Positions 11,001 through 20,816 of a stretch of 64,000 nucleotides of DNA are shown piece by piece. Origin of the DNA: a virus; the IMG/VR virus record IMGVR_UViG_3300021181_000006, positions 32,001 through 96,000 of that record; one strand, 5' to 3'. Numbering within the stretch: position 1 is the first letter of the stretch; each line of letters begins with the position of its first letter. The position numbers and the translations under genes were made by a program. The notes beneath the pieces were generated by a model. The model was not told where the DNA came from. It searched no databases and worked only from the letters and a program-made list of their open reading frames with translations.

Positions 11001-11766
11001 GGTAGCTTGGGCTAGAGTTAATGGTTAACAAATCACGGACCATAGCAGGATCACCTGCACCAGCCACGTAAATATCACGAATAAAACCAAATTGATTAAA
11101 TAATACAGTCTGAATCGACGTATCATTCACCAGATTACGTACTGCTATTGCTCGTCTTACTTTGTCGTAGAGGACAGCATTGCTCTCAGTTTGCACAGCA
11201 GGACTAAAAGCAGCGAGATTGGTGACTGATGCGATCTGTGATGGCTGATTTTGTACTAAAGTAATATCTCCAGCCTGTACTGAATACTGTGGTCCTGGTA
11301 GAGCTGCCTGAGCCAATACATCTAGGTAGTATGTCCCATCAGTGTTTCGATTAGCTAACAGCTGACTGACTGAAGTAGTCACTGGTGCCATCGAGAAGAA
11401 CTGCAACCCCATAGTGTCCATAAACACGAGGGTGTTAAGGAAATAATCCCCAGGAGTAGTGAAGTACACGCGCACTGTACCAGTAGCGTTGGTTCCCAAG
11501 GCGCGTTGTACTAAGAAATTGCCTACAAGAGCGTTAATGTCATCTGATGACATGTTATCAAAATTTAATATGCTCTGCGATATCTTTAATTGATTGATTT
11601 CATGTCGATATGGCTGCTGTAAAGCAGCCATGACATTACCGAATAAATCATTAAAAGCAGTTCCTTGACGAAAATCAATATTAGCAAAGTTGTCTGCGAC
11701 AAATTGCTCGATAAATGCACGTACTGGCAGATTAACGGCAGGAGTAACTGAAATAGGTGTGGCCAT
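8044..11766 (-). CDS. baseplate J-like wedge protein (T4 gp6 / Mu gp47-like), expanded
   Basis: N-terminal ATGTVRVYFT...GPQYSVQAGDIT...ESNAVLYDKV Baseplate_J-like region; C-terminal wedge domain; follows gp25-like gene; ATG at 11766 preferred over track start 11784. Confidence 0.75.
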   Translation of the reverse strand: MATPISVTPAVNLPVRAFIEQFVADNFANIDFRQGTAFNDLFGNVMAALQQPYRHEINQLKISQSILNFDNMSSDDINALVGNFLVQRALGTNATGTVRVYFTTPGDYFLNTLVFMDTMGLQFFSMAPVTTSVSQLLANRNTDGTYYLDVLAQAALPGPQYSVQAGDITLVQNQPSQIASVTNLAAFSPAVQTESNAVLYDKVRRAIAVRNLVNDTSIQTVLFNQFGFIRDIYVAGAGDPAMVRDLLTINSSPSYQIHIGGYVDVYIDTTGITSYQLNINALPENLVVQAIPSATSTTIFSGDTGVIQGNIFYDPNQAFYINGVAQIISGNLLNTTETEFGEVVTTTYTIKQSSADNTLRISSGEKLNSLDGIYFPNSNFFTDFSSGNFIVDDGIAVGDYFVSNLFGYHSIDYVTPNLIELTPSNISRQSGVFNAAISFNGTSADFNYPGIGGTAGPTQTQTGDILFITTGSAWGQYTVLNVVSDDEIWVAQTPITQSITFGGTNVISAVDPSLIGQYIVIQSSLGGNPAATAFQIASTTTTTTNHSITGAHTVWISPLVPTQNVNVGDLFEIFVVPTKSTSVTVALSATIVTNARFATFATGANIKRGDVFTDSSVTYTLVDVYDNGTNLRAQFDKQYTGSGISTNLTIGRYPANVFSTSNIKLNRFINTGSFQTTQAASATVLTDSDLGRGAWPGFILIIHTGTAAGTYTIDNATTMATGALTLSTGLLGAVAVGDQWSVVNSIGGALDFAGSAWGSTLYCPTFNGNDFSAIASGFPTTNFPYFVNIINGPNQGVYEVIQFTSANEVQINGTLVTSGESILPANTTFNAAHVAGSTVITEPGTPYASVLAGDTLIINSGGTLSYYYIASTTSSALTLSQPLVDSVIPGSETYTIVRDNVNPFIITSLQQPWEVDSVPVLNNRPAEGLAGGAANATNVFESLDINFDDAFTGIDPVGYNLFIISGTHARVAPYIIQSQLSATQIAINTGTTAYDANFNSSGFINSTSPANSEQWYISKQVPIKSNITYTINENYDYYGNTFFNLPILGIQNIFTIDPTTGDVSSSPLVQGSDYTLEVVNIGTRYSAQEQVNLVFTNSALIGSALQISYFSDPNVATVNSFCNTRGNKVTCNNLLIKRFESTFVSVTVNVTGTITLTTAQDVINSYITTQESVNPIQASDIIQLLYANGVTYVDTSSLLLTAVYLQSDGTMTTTTSPTSVTSSETSTYIPSVITVNISSS

Positions 11767-11800
11767 AATTATTCTTTGTCTCAAGTATAACGATTACAGA

Positions 11801-12232
11801 TCATACCGCAACCTGCGCTGTGTTGACCAGGCCAGCCTGTGACGTGATGGAGATCGATACTAACCATGCTGTTTGACTCACAGAGAACGTACATGAGATT
11901 AATGTTAATGCCTTCAGTAATTCTGTCGGATCTGAATTTTCGCCAGATTGCGATGCTAAAATAAGAGCCTCACATTTACCTACCGCTACCGCTACATCAT
12001 TCTGTACGGCTTGATTTCCATTAGGATCAGCTGCACCAACATCTGGCAACGCATTCACTAATCCAGAACCCCATGTTGGATTAAAGATATCACTACCAGG
12101 AGTAGTCAGCAAACATTTTAGAACATACTGTAGAAGTTTTCCGCTACCATCAATGGCAGGAGCTGGATTAGGAATACCAAGCTTTACGAATAAACCTTTC
12201 TGAGTAAAAACCTGCAGATCAACTGTACTCAT
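11801..12232 (-). CDS. baseplate wedge gp25-like protein
   Basis: 143 aa; LLQYVLKCLLTTPGSDIFNPTWGSGL matches the gp25/GpW pattern; precedes J-like gene. Confidence 0.75.
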   Translation of the reverse strand: MSTVDLQVFTQKGLFVKLGIPNPAPAIDGSGKLLQYVLKCLLTTPGSDIFNPTWGSGLVNALPDVGAADPNGNQAVQNDVAVAVGKCEALILASQSGENSDPTELLKALTLISCTFSVSQTAWLVSISITSQAGLVNTAQVAV

Positions 12233-14436
12233 ATTAATCCTTCAGCCTGGCTTACAGTTGTAATGATACTATTGGAACTAGCAAGACCATTGTTATATGA
12301 AGGATTCGTTGAGCAGTAAATAGACGCATAGGTCAATGGACTACCATTACTAGTAGCCTTTTGCGTATTATCGGTAGGCAATGTCAATTGAGTTAATCCA
12401 GCAGTATATGTACCGATACTCTGAAGAGTACCTAAAAGCTGCTGAATAATATTGAGATTATTATTACCTTTAAACTTATTTGAAAGTTTAGCCTCTGAAG
12501 CCATGTGAGTATAGTCTACATTGACGGTATCATCCGCTTGTTTTGATGTATTCAAGTTCGTCATGAGCGTATTAACATAATTTACCACACCTGGATTATC
12601 GGTATTATTCAGTACGCAACTCAGCGACTGTAATAATGACTCATTAATCGATGACGCACCACCTGCAGTAAATAAAGAATCAAAGTCTAGGCTCGTAAAA
12701 GCTAAAACAGTGGCAGGATTCATACCTTGCATCAGTTGGCTTACGATTGCTGGACTAATGCCTAATGAAGACATAATTTCAAGTATTTGGCTATTACCTG
12801 TATTTAAAGCATTACCAGTACAGGTCAACCATTGTTCTTGAGCTACAATCGATGTCAGTAACTGCCTGCCAATAGTCGCTACCTGTTGAGGAGAAACCGA
12901 TCCACCAGCCATACTGGCGTTCAATGCATCAGCATATTTACCAAGATTACAGAGCACGTCAGTACCTTTAAACGCTGTACATGGTGCTGTGCTAAAACGG
13001 CTAATAACCGATTGTATCTGCTTAAAGAACTGATTTGGATTAAGGCTATTTTGTAAGTTTAATAGACTTTGTACCTGTTTAAAGGATTGACAAATAGTCT
13101 GAGCGATCATCACTAATGATGTCACTTGTACTAAGGCCTGTACCTGCGCTGAAACTGCATTGGCCATAGCAATAGGAGCACCAGCAGCGACATTACCAAG
13201 ATTTTGAGCAGCTTGACCCAATCCAGTAATTTGGCTATTGAGCTGCTCGATCTGTAACTGTAATGACGCTACCTGAGCTGCAGATCCTGATGGAGTGACT
13301 ATTCCACCTGACAAACTGGCTGTTTGTGCCTGTAGAGCTGCAGTGAGTGCATCTCGCTGTGTACTTAATGTCGCAATATTACCAGTAGGATCCTGCATCG
13401 CAGTCTTAAGTAACGACTGAATCGTCTGAATCTGAGTAATAAGGAAACCAATGATCTGAGCCATAAAGGCTTCAAGACCAAAATCTATCTGAAAACTTGG
13501 TATCAACGTGCTGATATTCGTGGTGAGATTATACAAGGTACTATTAGTCTGACCGATAGGAGCAGCTAAGACTAAAATAGCTTCTTTCTGTAAAAATACT
13601 TGATAATTAGGAAGCCATTGCGTGGCAGCTAAGGCCTGCGCTTGAGCGGCCACAACGTTAAAGTTCGACTTCGCAGCCTGTTCAAAAAAAGATACTGTGT
13701 TCTTTCCATTTACGAGTATCTTACTGACATTAAGCAGATGCCCAGCACCTGATGAACAATGACCAGCATCAAAGCTACTCTCGTTAGTGAGTTTACTTTG
13801 CACGGTATCCAGATCATTCGTAGCTAGACAGAGTTCATTCAGCGCTTCAGTAAATGGATTCACTGGAGTTGGCTGGGTTGGTACAGAACCTTTTAATACC
13901 ATACTATTGGTGCTCTGTACTAAACGTTTTAACGTCTGGAGAGAACCTTGTTGCATGATAACCGCTGTTTCTCCATACTGCATGGCGTACATCATCATGC
14001 CAACAATGCTAGCGGGATTAAAGAGACGTAATGAGTTAAAAAGATTCTGCACAGCAGCGAAAATACTACCGCTTGGAGAAGCTCCAGTCTCTATTAATTG
14101 ACTAAATGATCCTTCTAGTGTCTGTAACAAAGGTCCAAGATTCAGTGGATTATCCTGTACCTGACCCAGCATATTCTGGAGATTATTCGTCATGAAACTA
14201 TTGACGACGTTAGTTAACTCATCGTCATCTATTGATGCTGATGAGTTCACAACATCTTGTAGACTATTGAGAATATCTAAAAATGGTGACGCAGCCATCG
14301 TGGATACGACAGCATCATTCATCGAACTCTGAGCTTGATTATAGGTGCTCAGTAACCCTAAATTTGCAGCTAAGTCACTCAGACACGTCTGGAGATCAGG
14401 ACCTGAAGTAACTGGTGGAGCAGCAAGGGTGACCAC
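12229..14436 (-). CDS. hypothetical helical/coiled-coil virion protein
   Basis: 735 aa, GTG start, Q/L/A/S-rich heptads, coupled to neighbours. Confidence 0.7.
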   Translation of the reverse strand: MVTLAAPPVTSGPDLQTCLSDLAANLGLLSTYNQAQSSMNDAVVSTMAASPFLDILNSLQDVVNSSASIDDDELTNVVNSFMTNNLQNMLGQVQDNPLNLGPLLQTLEGSFSQLIETGASPSGSIFAAVQNLFNSLRLFNPASIVGMMMYAMQYGETAVIMQQGSLQTLKRLVQSTNSMVLKGSVPTQPTPVNPFTEALNELCLATNDLDTVQSKLTNESSFDAGHCSSGAGHLLNVSKILVNGKNTVSFFEQAAKSNFNVVAAQAQALAATQWLPNYQVFLQKEAILVLAAPIGQTNSTLYNLTTNISTLIPSFQIDFGLEAFMAQIIGFLITQIQTIQSLLKTAMQDPTGNIATLSTQRDALTAALQAQTASLSGGIVTPSGSAAQVASLQLQIEQLNSQITGLGQAAQNLGNVAAGAPIAMANAVSAQVQALVQVTSLVMIAQTICQSFKQVQSLLNLQNSLNPNQFFKQIQSVISRFSTAPCTAFKGTDVLCNLGKYADALNASMAGGSVSPQQVATIGRQLLTSIVAQEQWLTCTGNALNTGNSQILEIMSSLGISPAIVSQLMQGMNPATVLAFTSLDFDSLFTAGGASSINESLLQSLSCVLNNTDNPGVVNYVNTLMTNLNTSKQADDTVNVDYTHMASEAKLSNKFKGNNNLNIIQQLLGTLQSIGTYTAGLTQLTLPTDNTQKATSNGSPLTYASIYCSTNPSYNNGLASSNSIITTVSQAEGLI

Positions 14437-14437
14437 G

Positions 14438-15148
14438 TTAGGTATTCTCTAAATATACCTGTAACTTAGTAGAAACAGAGTTTCTGAGCTTAGATACCTT
14501 AGAAGGTGACATTTTCATAATCTTAGCAATCTGCCCAGGATTTGATTTCACTTTACCATGCTGTCCCAAGGTGTAATCGTAAATCAGTTGTTCTTCTGGA
14601 GTTAAAGAATAATATCCCATCGCTAATATTTCTAAGCGAGGATTATGCTGGTCAAAATGCTCATCGCCCTGCCAGGCAGTAGATGCAATGTCCTGTCTCA
14701 GTGAATTATCCACTTGAGCCACGTGTTTCTGACTCCACTTCAGATGGTCAGCTAACTCAATATGGGTAGGAGGTCTTCCGAACTTCTCTTGTAACTCACT
14801 TTGAGCAGATTTATACGCATTAATCTTCAGGGCCACGTGCTCTGGGATACGCGCAAAGTTCTGATGCTGCGTTGTATACCGATACATCTTCTGTAGCCAG
14901 TTTGTAACGTGAGTAGAGAGCTTTACGCCACGGTTTGGATCATACGTCTCGAAAGCTTTATACGCCCACTTTTTAGCTTCTCCTTCGAGAGCTGAACGAG
15001 GTACTGGAGCAGCCGAGAAGATATTGACCTTCTTCTGGATGAGATTTTCCATTTGCTTAAATAATGCCGATAAGTCCTGTGAGGAGCGTGACTTATTCCA
15101 ACGCTTCCAGACTTCTGTATCGGGATCAATTGCGATATTAGCGTCCAT
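14438..15148 (-). CDS. RNA polymerase sigma-70 family factor (candidate late sigma)
   Basis: region 2 KAFETYDPNRGVKLSTHVTNW, region 3 FGRPPTHIELADHLKWS, region 4 HTH LTPEEQLI...GQIAKIMKMSPSKVSKLR. Confidence 0.85.
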   Translation of the reverse strand: MDANIAIDPDTEVWKRWNKSRSSQDLSALFKQMENLIQKKVNIFSAAPVPRSALEGEAKKWAYKAFETYDPNRGVKLSTHVTNWLQKMYRYTTQHQNFARIPEHVALKINAYKSAQSELQEKFGRPPTHIELADHLKWSQKHVAQVDNSLRQDIASTAWQGDEHFDQHNPRLEILAMGYYSLTPEEQLIYDYTLGQHGKVKSNPGQIAKIMKMSPSKVSKLRNSVSTKLQVYLENT

Positions 15149-17036
15149 CTCTACCTACTGCTGAGTTGATATCATTCTGTAATGCTAACGCAGCATCGTA
15201 TTTATGAGTATCAGTTCCCGAGATAGTGTAGCTAGATTGAGCGTTCAAGCTATAGCCAGTTGGGACATTAAAGATCAATGATGACTTACCTAAGTTTTTA
15301 GGTGGCTCAGTCGTTTCATCGGCTAATGTAACTTTAATATTTAGGTAGTTAAAATAGTCTTTTGCTGTAATGATATTACGATAAGTATATTTATATTCGA
15401 ATGCTCTCGGATTAGCTACGTTTTGTGTATAGAGCGGAGTAGCTTGAGCCGTACCACTATTGGTAGCTATTGGATATACCGTAGAAGCAATATCTGCAAT
15501 ACTATACTGTTGGTTATTTGCTAACTTATAGCTCACAGAAGAACGTTTAGCACTCGCAATATTCGGACCGCCTAAAGCTGCATGCTTGGTTTTATCGTCA
15601 ATAATATTAGCGCCAAACATCGCTGCATAGGTCGCATCAGAACCCTCAGGGCGATAATTTTGAGACATCCAAGTCGGTAGTGGAGGATAGGTTAATCCTG
15701 ATGGGTCGTTTCTATCAGCCGGATACACATGCGTAAAGTTGATGATAGACGATGCAGAGCCTTCAGCACTGAGTGTATGCGTAACAGAATCGACCATCCC
15801 GAATAGAGATTGATGTGGGTCAAAAATAGCGCCAGGATATCCAACGATACAATATGGATGAAAAATACCATTAAGAGAACAGCGGCGTAAGGCGAACTTA
15901 GCTTCAACAAACTGATAATATGCATACGCTTGATAGGTACTCTGTAATGCGAGCAATGATGGGTCTGTAGCTGCAGCAATAGCTTGGTTAGCTCTCTCAT
16001 AGTTTAAGTTTAACTCCAAAGGCAAGATACCACCATCTATTTCTTCTGGAGATAAGAAATCTTTGATAATAGCAGCATTTCCTACAGTGGTATTCAATGC
16101 TAAACCACTTCGAGAATCATTAAAGAAGAACATAGAGCGATAACCACCAGCAACTGGTACATTTTCCGTAGTCATCAACATACGGGTTGGCTCAGTGAAG
16201 TGGTCTACGCCATAGCCACTCATAGATGAATACATTCCTGGAAAGAATGTATTAAAAACTGGTGGAGTGCTAAAGTGATTCTTCGGCTTAAAAATAGATA
16301 ATGTAGGTATTCCACCGTAATTCGTAGGTCCAACGACTGGCACACGAATATAGGCAGCAATATCCATAAAATAAGCAAGAACAGCCTCTAGTGAGGTATT
16401 ACCAGTAAACTTATTCGCAATGACATTCCGAATGAAATCATTAGCAATATTATTCGTCAGAATAGCTTTGAGATTGTTATCAGGCAGAGATATAAAGCGA
16501 GGTACTACCTTGTTTCTCGTATTAGCATCCTGGAAATAAGGAACGTTGTTCCAACAGGTCTGGATCAGTTGCGTTAAGATAGACCCGAAATCAGCTGGGC
16601 TCGCCTTTGATACTATGGCAGTGATCAGGTTCGCAAAAGTACCACTTCCCAGTGGCTGGAGATTAATCTCTTGTCCAGTATGGAATATAGCTTTTACAGG
16701 AGCACTCAGCGCATCACCAAAATTCTCAAATATAGCGCGAGTCATATAGGACAGCGCGTTGGAGTGATCAGCTCCTAAAATCTGCATCTGTAACGATCCA
16801 GATGACTTCGACATACCCCATCCACGGAACTCACCATCCCAAAGTACTTTCCAAACCCGACCTTCTTGGAAGAGTACGAGCATATTGCTACGTGCTACAA
16901 TATTCTTCACGTATTCAGATGGGATTACATCAATGACGCAAGTAGATGCTTGGTTTACTGCACTCGTAATCGATACCGTAGTGAATGGAATCTCACAGCC
17001 CTCGATATAGAGCTTTGCATTAATACGTTGGGCCAT
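15138..17036 (-). CDS. baseplate hub protein (gp27 / Mu gp44 / P2 gpD-like)
   Basis: 632 aa; N-terminal LYIEGCEIPFTTVSITSAVNQASTCVID and late YCIVGYPGAIFD...GMVDSVTHTLS beta pattern; position after the tape measure. Confidence 0.65.
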   Translation of the reverse strand: MAQRINAKLYIEGCEIPFTTVSITSAVNQASTCVIDVIPSEYVKNIVARSNMLVLFQEGRVWKVLWDGEFRGWGMSKSSGSLQMQILGADHSNALSYMTRAIFENFGDALSAPVKAIFHTGQEINLQPLGSGTFANLITAIVSKASPADFGSILTQLIQTCWNNVPYFQDANTRNKVVPRFISLPDNNLKAILTNNIANDFIRNVIANKFTGNTSLEAVLAYFMDIAAYIRVPVVGPTNYGGIPTLSIFKPKNHFSTPPVFNTFFPGMYSSMSGYGVDHFTEPTRMLMTTENVPVAGGYRSMFFFNDSRSGLALNTTVGNAAIIKDFLSPEEIDGGILPLELNLNYERANQAIAAATDPSLLALQSTYQAYAYYQFVEAKFALRRCSLNGIFHPYCIVGYPGAIFDPHQSLFGMVDSVTHTLSAEGSASSIINFTHVYPADRNDPSGLTYPPLPTWMSQNYRPEGSDATYAAMFGANIIDDKTKHAALGGPNIASAKRSSVSYKLANNQQYSIADIASTVYPIATNSGTAQATPLYTQNVANPRAFEYKYTYRNIITAKDYFNYLNIKVTLADETTEPPKNLGKSSLIFNVPTGYSLNAQSSYTISGTDTHKYDAALALQNDINSAVGRDGR

Positions 17037-20026
17037 TAGATGGTTTCCGTTACACTCGTGCCTTGGGTCGTGCCCACGATAGCAAAGTTATAGACGAATG
17101 TCAAACCACTAAATGTCTGATCAGTTAATGATATTTTATTGAGATTATTAGATGGACTACCAGTAATATTTGATAAACTAATCACTAATGCTGCTAATTG
17201 AGCAGTATATTGCATGGGCGGAACGACAGTATTATTCATGAGAATTACTACTGAATTAGCTGCTACTTCAGACCCTGTCACATCGCCAGCCTGAGCGAGA
17301 GTGATCCCACCAATGGTAAATTGTATTTTACAAGTTTGCGGTGTCTGCGTACCATTTTTGGTTACTTGGATATTTGCTAGTGCATTCAGTACTGACTCAG
17401 CAATAGTCGAACCAGATGGAGGCGCATACATCACTGGAGCAGATGTTGTGCCAGCAGTAATCGTCACACTTAAATTAGCCGCTAAGAAATTAACATCAGG
17501 TGGCGAAGAAAACTGCAATAAACATCGTCTAATAAGCAATGCTCCTGGAGCACCAGTAGTACTGATAAACGATCCTGTATAGAATGATGGATCCAGTCCG
17601 GTCATATCACGAGCTGATATCAGAGTGCTCGTCCCAGCAGATTTTGGTGGTATGACCGTAATATTAAAATCAATCAGATTTCCAGCAAAGGAATATCCAA
17701 CTAATTTATAAATCATTGGATTACCAACGACTAATGGTATATTCCCATTATAGTTAATAACGCAATTAAGTGTAAATACAGCGATAGTCGGATCGCTGCC
17801 AGCGGAAGGTTGGATAGTAAGTACACAATTAGCGATATCCTGGGAAGGCTGCGTACTGTTCGTAGCAGTAATATTATTTTGGTTAAACTGAATAGAGTTA
17901 ACAAAAACGTCAGATGAAAATGGTATATTCGTGTTGGTACTACCATTTTGTTGAGTTACTTGAGCCGTTGCAGTAAAGGTACGAGAATTTAAGCTCGTAG
18001 TAGTAGCAGTGGCTGAGGTCAGATCCATAGTAGCGTTAAACAGATAATCACTACTCGATACCAGTGATGGGCTTTGTATACCGCCAGTCAATCCTTCTGG
18101 AGAGCCTTCAGGATTCAGCGTAACCGTTATCCCAGATAGAATCACCATGCCATTGAGCTGAAGATTATTCTTCGCTGTAGCTCCAACTCCACTAAAAGAC
18201 ATCTGAACCCTAAGCGTCGCTGATCCCAACTGAGACATGAGCGTCGTGATAGAGCTAGGAATGAGTGCTGGTTGTAAGATGAGCGCATACTGCTGACCAG
18301 CTGCACCGCCAGTAGAATAGGTAGTACCTGCTGCATTTTGCTGAGCCACGCCAGTGCTCGATGTGGTCGCCAAGGATAACGCCTGAGATAAATCACCAAA
18401 CAGTACTTGATCATTAGGGTTATCTGTACTTGATATGGTATATTTAACCTGAAATTCAGTGATACCATTACTTGATTGTGCTTGAGGATCAGTAGTTGGT
18501 AATGGAGTCAGCGTATCCTTCTGAAAGAATACTGGTTTAATAGTAAAAGCGTCTGACTGCAATATTGGATTAGACCCACCACTCGTTATAGTTTTAGTGA
18601 GATTCGATGTTCCTACTGATAAGTTATTTGATGAACCTGTTAATATTGCCAAGCCTATGTCAGTGTCATCAAGATTAGCTTTTACAGCAGATGCCTGTGC
18701 AGTGGTCAGTTCATCCGACTCCAATAGGAGTTCAGTAGCTACTGCAGTAATATCAGGATCATTCTGCTGAGTTTCATTTTCAACGAACATCGATATGGAC
18801 ACTGTAGCCATATTATCATTGTCAGATGATTCATTAAACTGCGCAGCTAACACATAACCACGACGTGTGTTATTTTCGAAAGTAATAACAACTTTCGTGT
18901 TATTTACTACGCATGCAGTGCCACGTAATAAAAGATCATAAGCATATTTGAAACGATCTTTCCACGGATTATTTCTTGTATTCTCTAAAACAAAGCTGTA
19001 GTTATAGACTCGTGCTCTACGATTAAAGAAATAAATCATAGGGCTTGAGAAGGTCTCAATGATCTGATACTTTTCAGTATCGGCTTCAGAAATACTTTGG
19101 AGCCAGAAGGTCTCTAAGGTAAATATATTATAATCGCTAATATCAGTACTATTAGGGCTCTCAGAATAAATAGCGAGTGTCGCTTTTTTATTGAGTTTAC
19201 TTAAAAATGGCTTTCTGAATGCGAAAACATCATTCACATCCTGATTTGTATCTGGAAAAATAATATTTGTAACAGGTATAGTACTTATTTCAAATGCAAC
19301 AGATGCTGCTTCAGGCGCTGTGCTTGCAGCTGAGCTATCACGAGATATAAGTGCTGCGCGGCGAGTAGCAGTAGAAAGAGTATAGTCACTGAGATCTCCA
19401 ACGGCGTTTTTTACCGTAGCGGCAGCAGCAATATACGCCACGGCTGCTGGTCCACTCAAGCCTTCAGCCGCTGCGCTTGCAGCTACTGCGTTATAATTTT
19501 GCTGTTGATTAGACTGTTGATCCAAGACAGATTGTGCTGTAATACCAGCTGCTGCTGTGACTTGGCTTGTGAGATAGGCTGCACTCGCAGCAGTAATATC
19601 AGCTAAGATATCGCTGGCGAAATAAGCTACCTGATTAATGATAAGTGGTACCAACAATGTCTGAGCAGCCGTTAACTGTGATGCTGTCTTACCAGTCGAG
19701 GTTACCACGATTGACGAGGTATTACCGTAGATATCAGATACAGCTAATTGTGAATTAATCGTAGGAAAATCAGAAATAAAGAATGTGGGTCCAGACACTG
19801 TTCCTAATGCCTGAAAGCTCATAGCTGCAGTAAAATACGTATTAATATCTAAAACTGTGGCTGTAGCTGTCTGTAAATCTGCAGTAGGATCCTGTACGAG
19901 CTGCACCTGGGGTGCGGTATATCCAGCGCTCTGACCAGTCGATGTGGCTGGAATCACTGTTACTGGAGGTACAGTTGTCTGAGACTCCATCGCTGAAGCG
20001 GCATAAGTCGATACGGGAGGTGACAT
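17036..20026 (-). CDS. tail tube initiator-like / baseplate protein with long extensions
   Basis: 996 aa; central FWLQSISEADTEKYQIIETF...YNYSFVL...RRGYVLAAQF segment resembles tube-fold initiators; position after the tape measure. Confidence 0.5.
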   Translation of the reverse strand: MSPPVSTYAASAMESQTTVPPVTVIPATSTGQSAGYTAPQVQLVQDPTADLQTATATVLDINTYFTAAMSFQALGTVSGPTFFISDFPTINSQLAVSDIYGNTSSIVVTSTGKTASQLTAAQTLLVPLIINQVAYFASDILADITAASAAYLTSQVTAAAGITAQSVLDQQSNQQQNYNAVAASAAAEGLSGPAAVAYIAAAATVKNAVGDLSDYTLSTATRRAALISRDSSAASTAPEAASVAFEISTIPVTNIIFPDTNQDVNDVFAFRKPFLSKLNKKATLAIYSESPNSTDISDYNIFTLETFWLQSISEADTEKYQIIETFSSPMIYFFNRRARVYNYSFVLENTRNNPWKDRFKYAYDLLLRGTACVVNNTKVVITFENNTRRGYVLAAQFNESSDNDNMATVSISMFVENETQQNDPDITAVATELLLESDELTTAQASAVKANLDDTDIGLAILTGSSNNLSVGTSNLTKTITSGGSNPILQSDAFTIKPVFFQKDTLTPLPTTDPQAQSSNGITEFQVKYTISSTDNPNDQVLFGDLSQALSLATTSSTGVAQQNAAGTTYSTGGAAGQQYALILQPALIPSSITTLMSQLGSATLRVQMSFSGVGATAKNNLQLNGMVILSGITVTLNPEGSPEGLTGGIQSPSLVSSSDYLFNATMDLTSATATTTSLNSRTFTATAQVTQQNGSTNTNIPFSSDVFVNSIQFNQNNITATNSTQPSQDIANCVLTIQPSAGSDPTIAVFTLNCVINYNGNIPLVVGNPMIYKLVGYSFAGNLIDFNITVIPPKSAGTSTLISARDMTGLDPSFYTGSFISTTGAPGALLIRRCLLQFSSPPDVNFLAANLSVTITAGTTSAPVMYAPPSGSTIAESVLNALANIQVTKNGTQTPQTCKIQFTIGGITLAQAGDVTGSEVAANSVVILMNNTVVPPMQYTAQLAALVISLSNITGSPSNNLNKISLTDQTFSGLTFVYNFAIVGTTQGTSVTETI

Positions 20027-20028
20027 AG

Positions 20029-20733
20029 TTACGTCTTCTGTAAGCAGGCTGCCTGCAATGGAGTCATGTTATTCTGAGTATTGGATGGAGTGCTGAGGGT
20101 TGGATCTATCATACCAGCTACAGGGGTATCGCCAGTTTCATCAATACCAGCTCGCAGTAACCACGCCTGTGCGGATGCGGCAGCTGAAGATGGAGTAAGT
20201 TCTTGGACAAACTGTCCTTGGGTGAGAGCATTGGGCAACGGTTGTGAAAAGCTAGCAATAAATGTGTTGGTACTTTTTGGACCATAGAGTACCCCGAATT
20301 GAGCATTATACAGATTCGTAAGGTCGGCACCTGGATTAGTGGCTGAACGTACCGCAGCATTCTGTGGGCTATTAATAGCATTTTGAATATAAGCGCCAGA
20401 CGGATCATAGAAGTTCTGTAACTTCGCCTGCATATAACGAGACATTTTCTCAACGCAGTAGTACAGTCCTGAATAGACTTTCTTCTGTAAAGTGGTCGGT
20501 GTAATGACTGGTTGAGGTGCATTGGCCTGCAACTCAGCTGGAGATCCAGACAGTGTACTCTGAACGATCAGGCCAGTAAGAATATTCGTTCCTGATGGAC
20601 GGACATTCTTAGCCTCACTCTGAGCCTGTAACTGAGCAGGAGTCGCTATTTGAGTAGCGTTCTTGCCAGATGGAGGAGCGAAGAAGTTATTAATCGTTCC
20701 TGAATTAATCTGCTGTGTATTAAGATCGGTCAT
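20029..20733 (-). CDS. hypothetical virion protein
   Basis: 234 aa ORF coupled into the structural operon. Confidence 0.65.
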   Translation of the reverse strand: MTDLNTQQINSGTINNFFAPPSGKNATQIATPAQLQAQSEAKNVRPSGTNILTGLIVQSTLSGSPAELQANAPQPVITPTTLQKKVYSGLYYCVEKMSRYMQAKLQNFYDPSGAYIQNAINSPQNAAVRSATNPGADLTNLYNAQFGVLYGPKSTNTFIASFSQPLPNALTQGQFVQELTPSSAAASAQAWLLRAGIDETGDTPVAGMIDPTLSTPSNTQNNMTPLQAACLQKT

Positions 20734-20816
20734 TTTTGTTTCAACTTCTTAATGATACGGGCTAATTCTAGGAGTTGCTTAGCAAACTCAGCTAATTGTT
20801 GCGGATTAGGCTTCAT
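20730..20816 (-). CDS. 28-aa mini-ORF paralogous to the tape measure C-terminal helix
   Basis: hand-translated MKPNPQQLAEFAKQLLELARIIKKLKQK; ATGA overlaps at both ends; not in ORF track. Confidence 0.65.
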   Translation of the reverse strand: MKPNPQQLAEFAKQLLELARIIKKLKQK

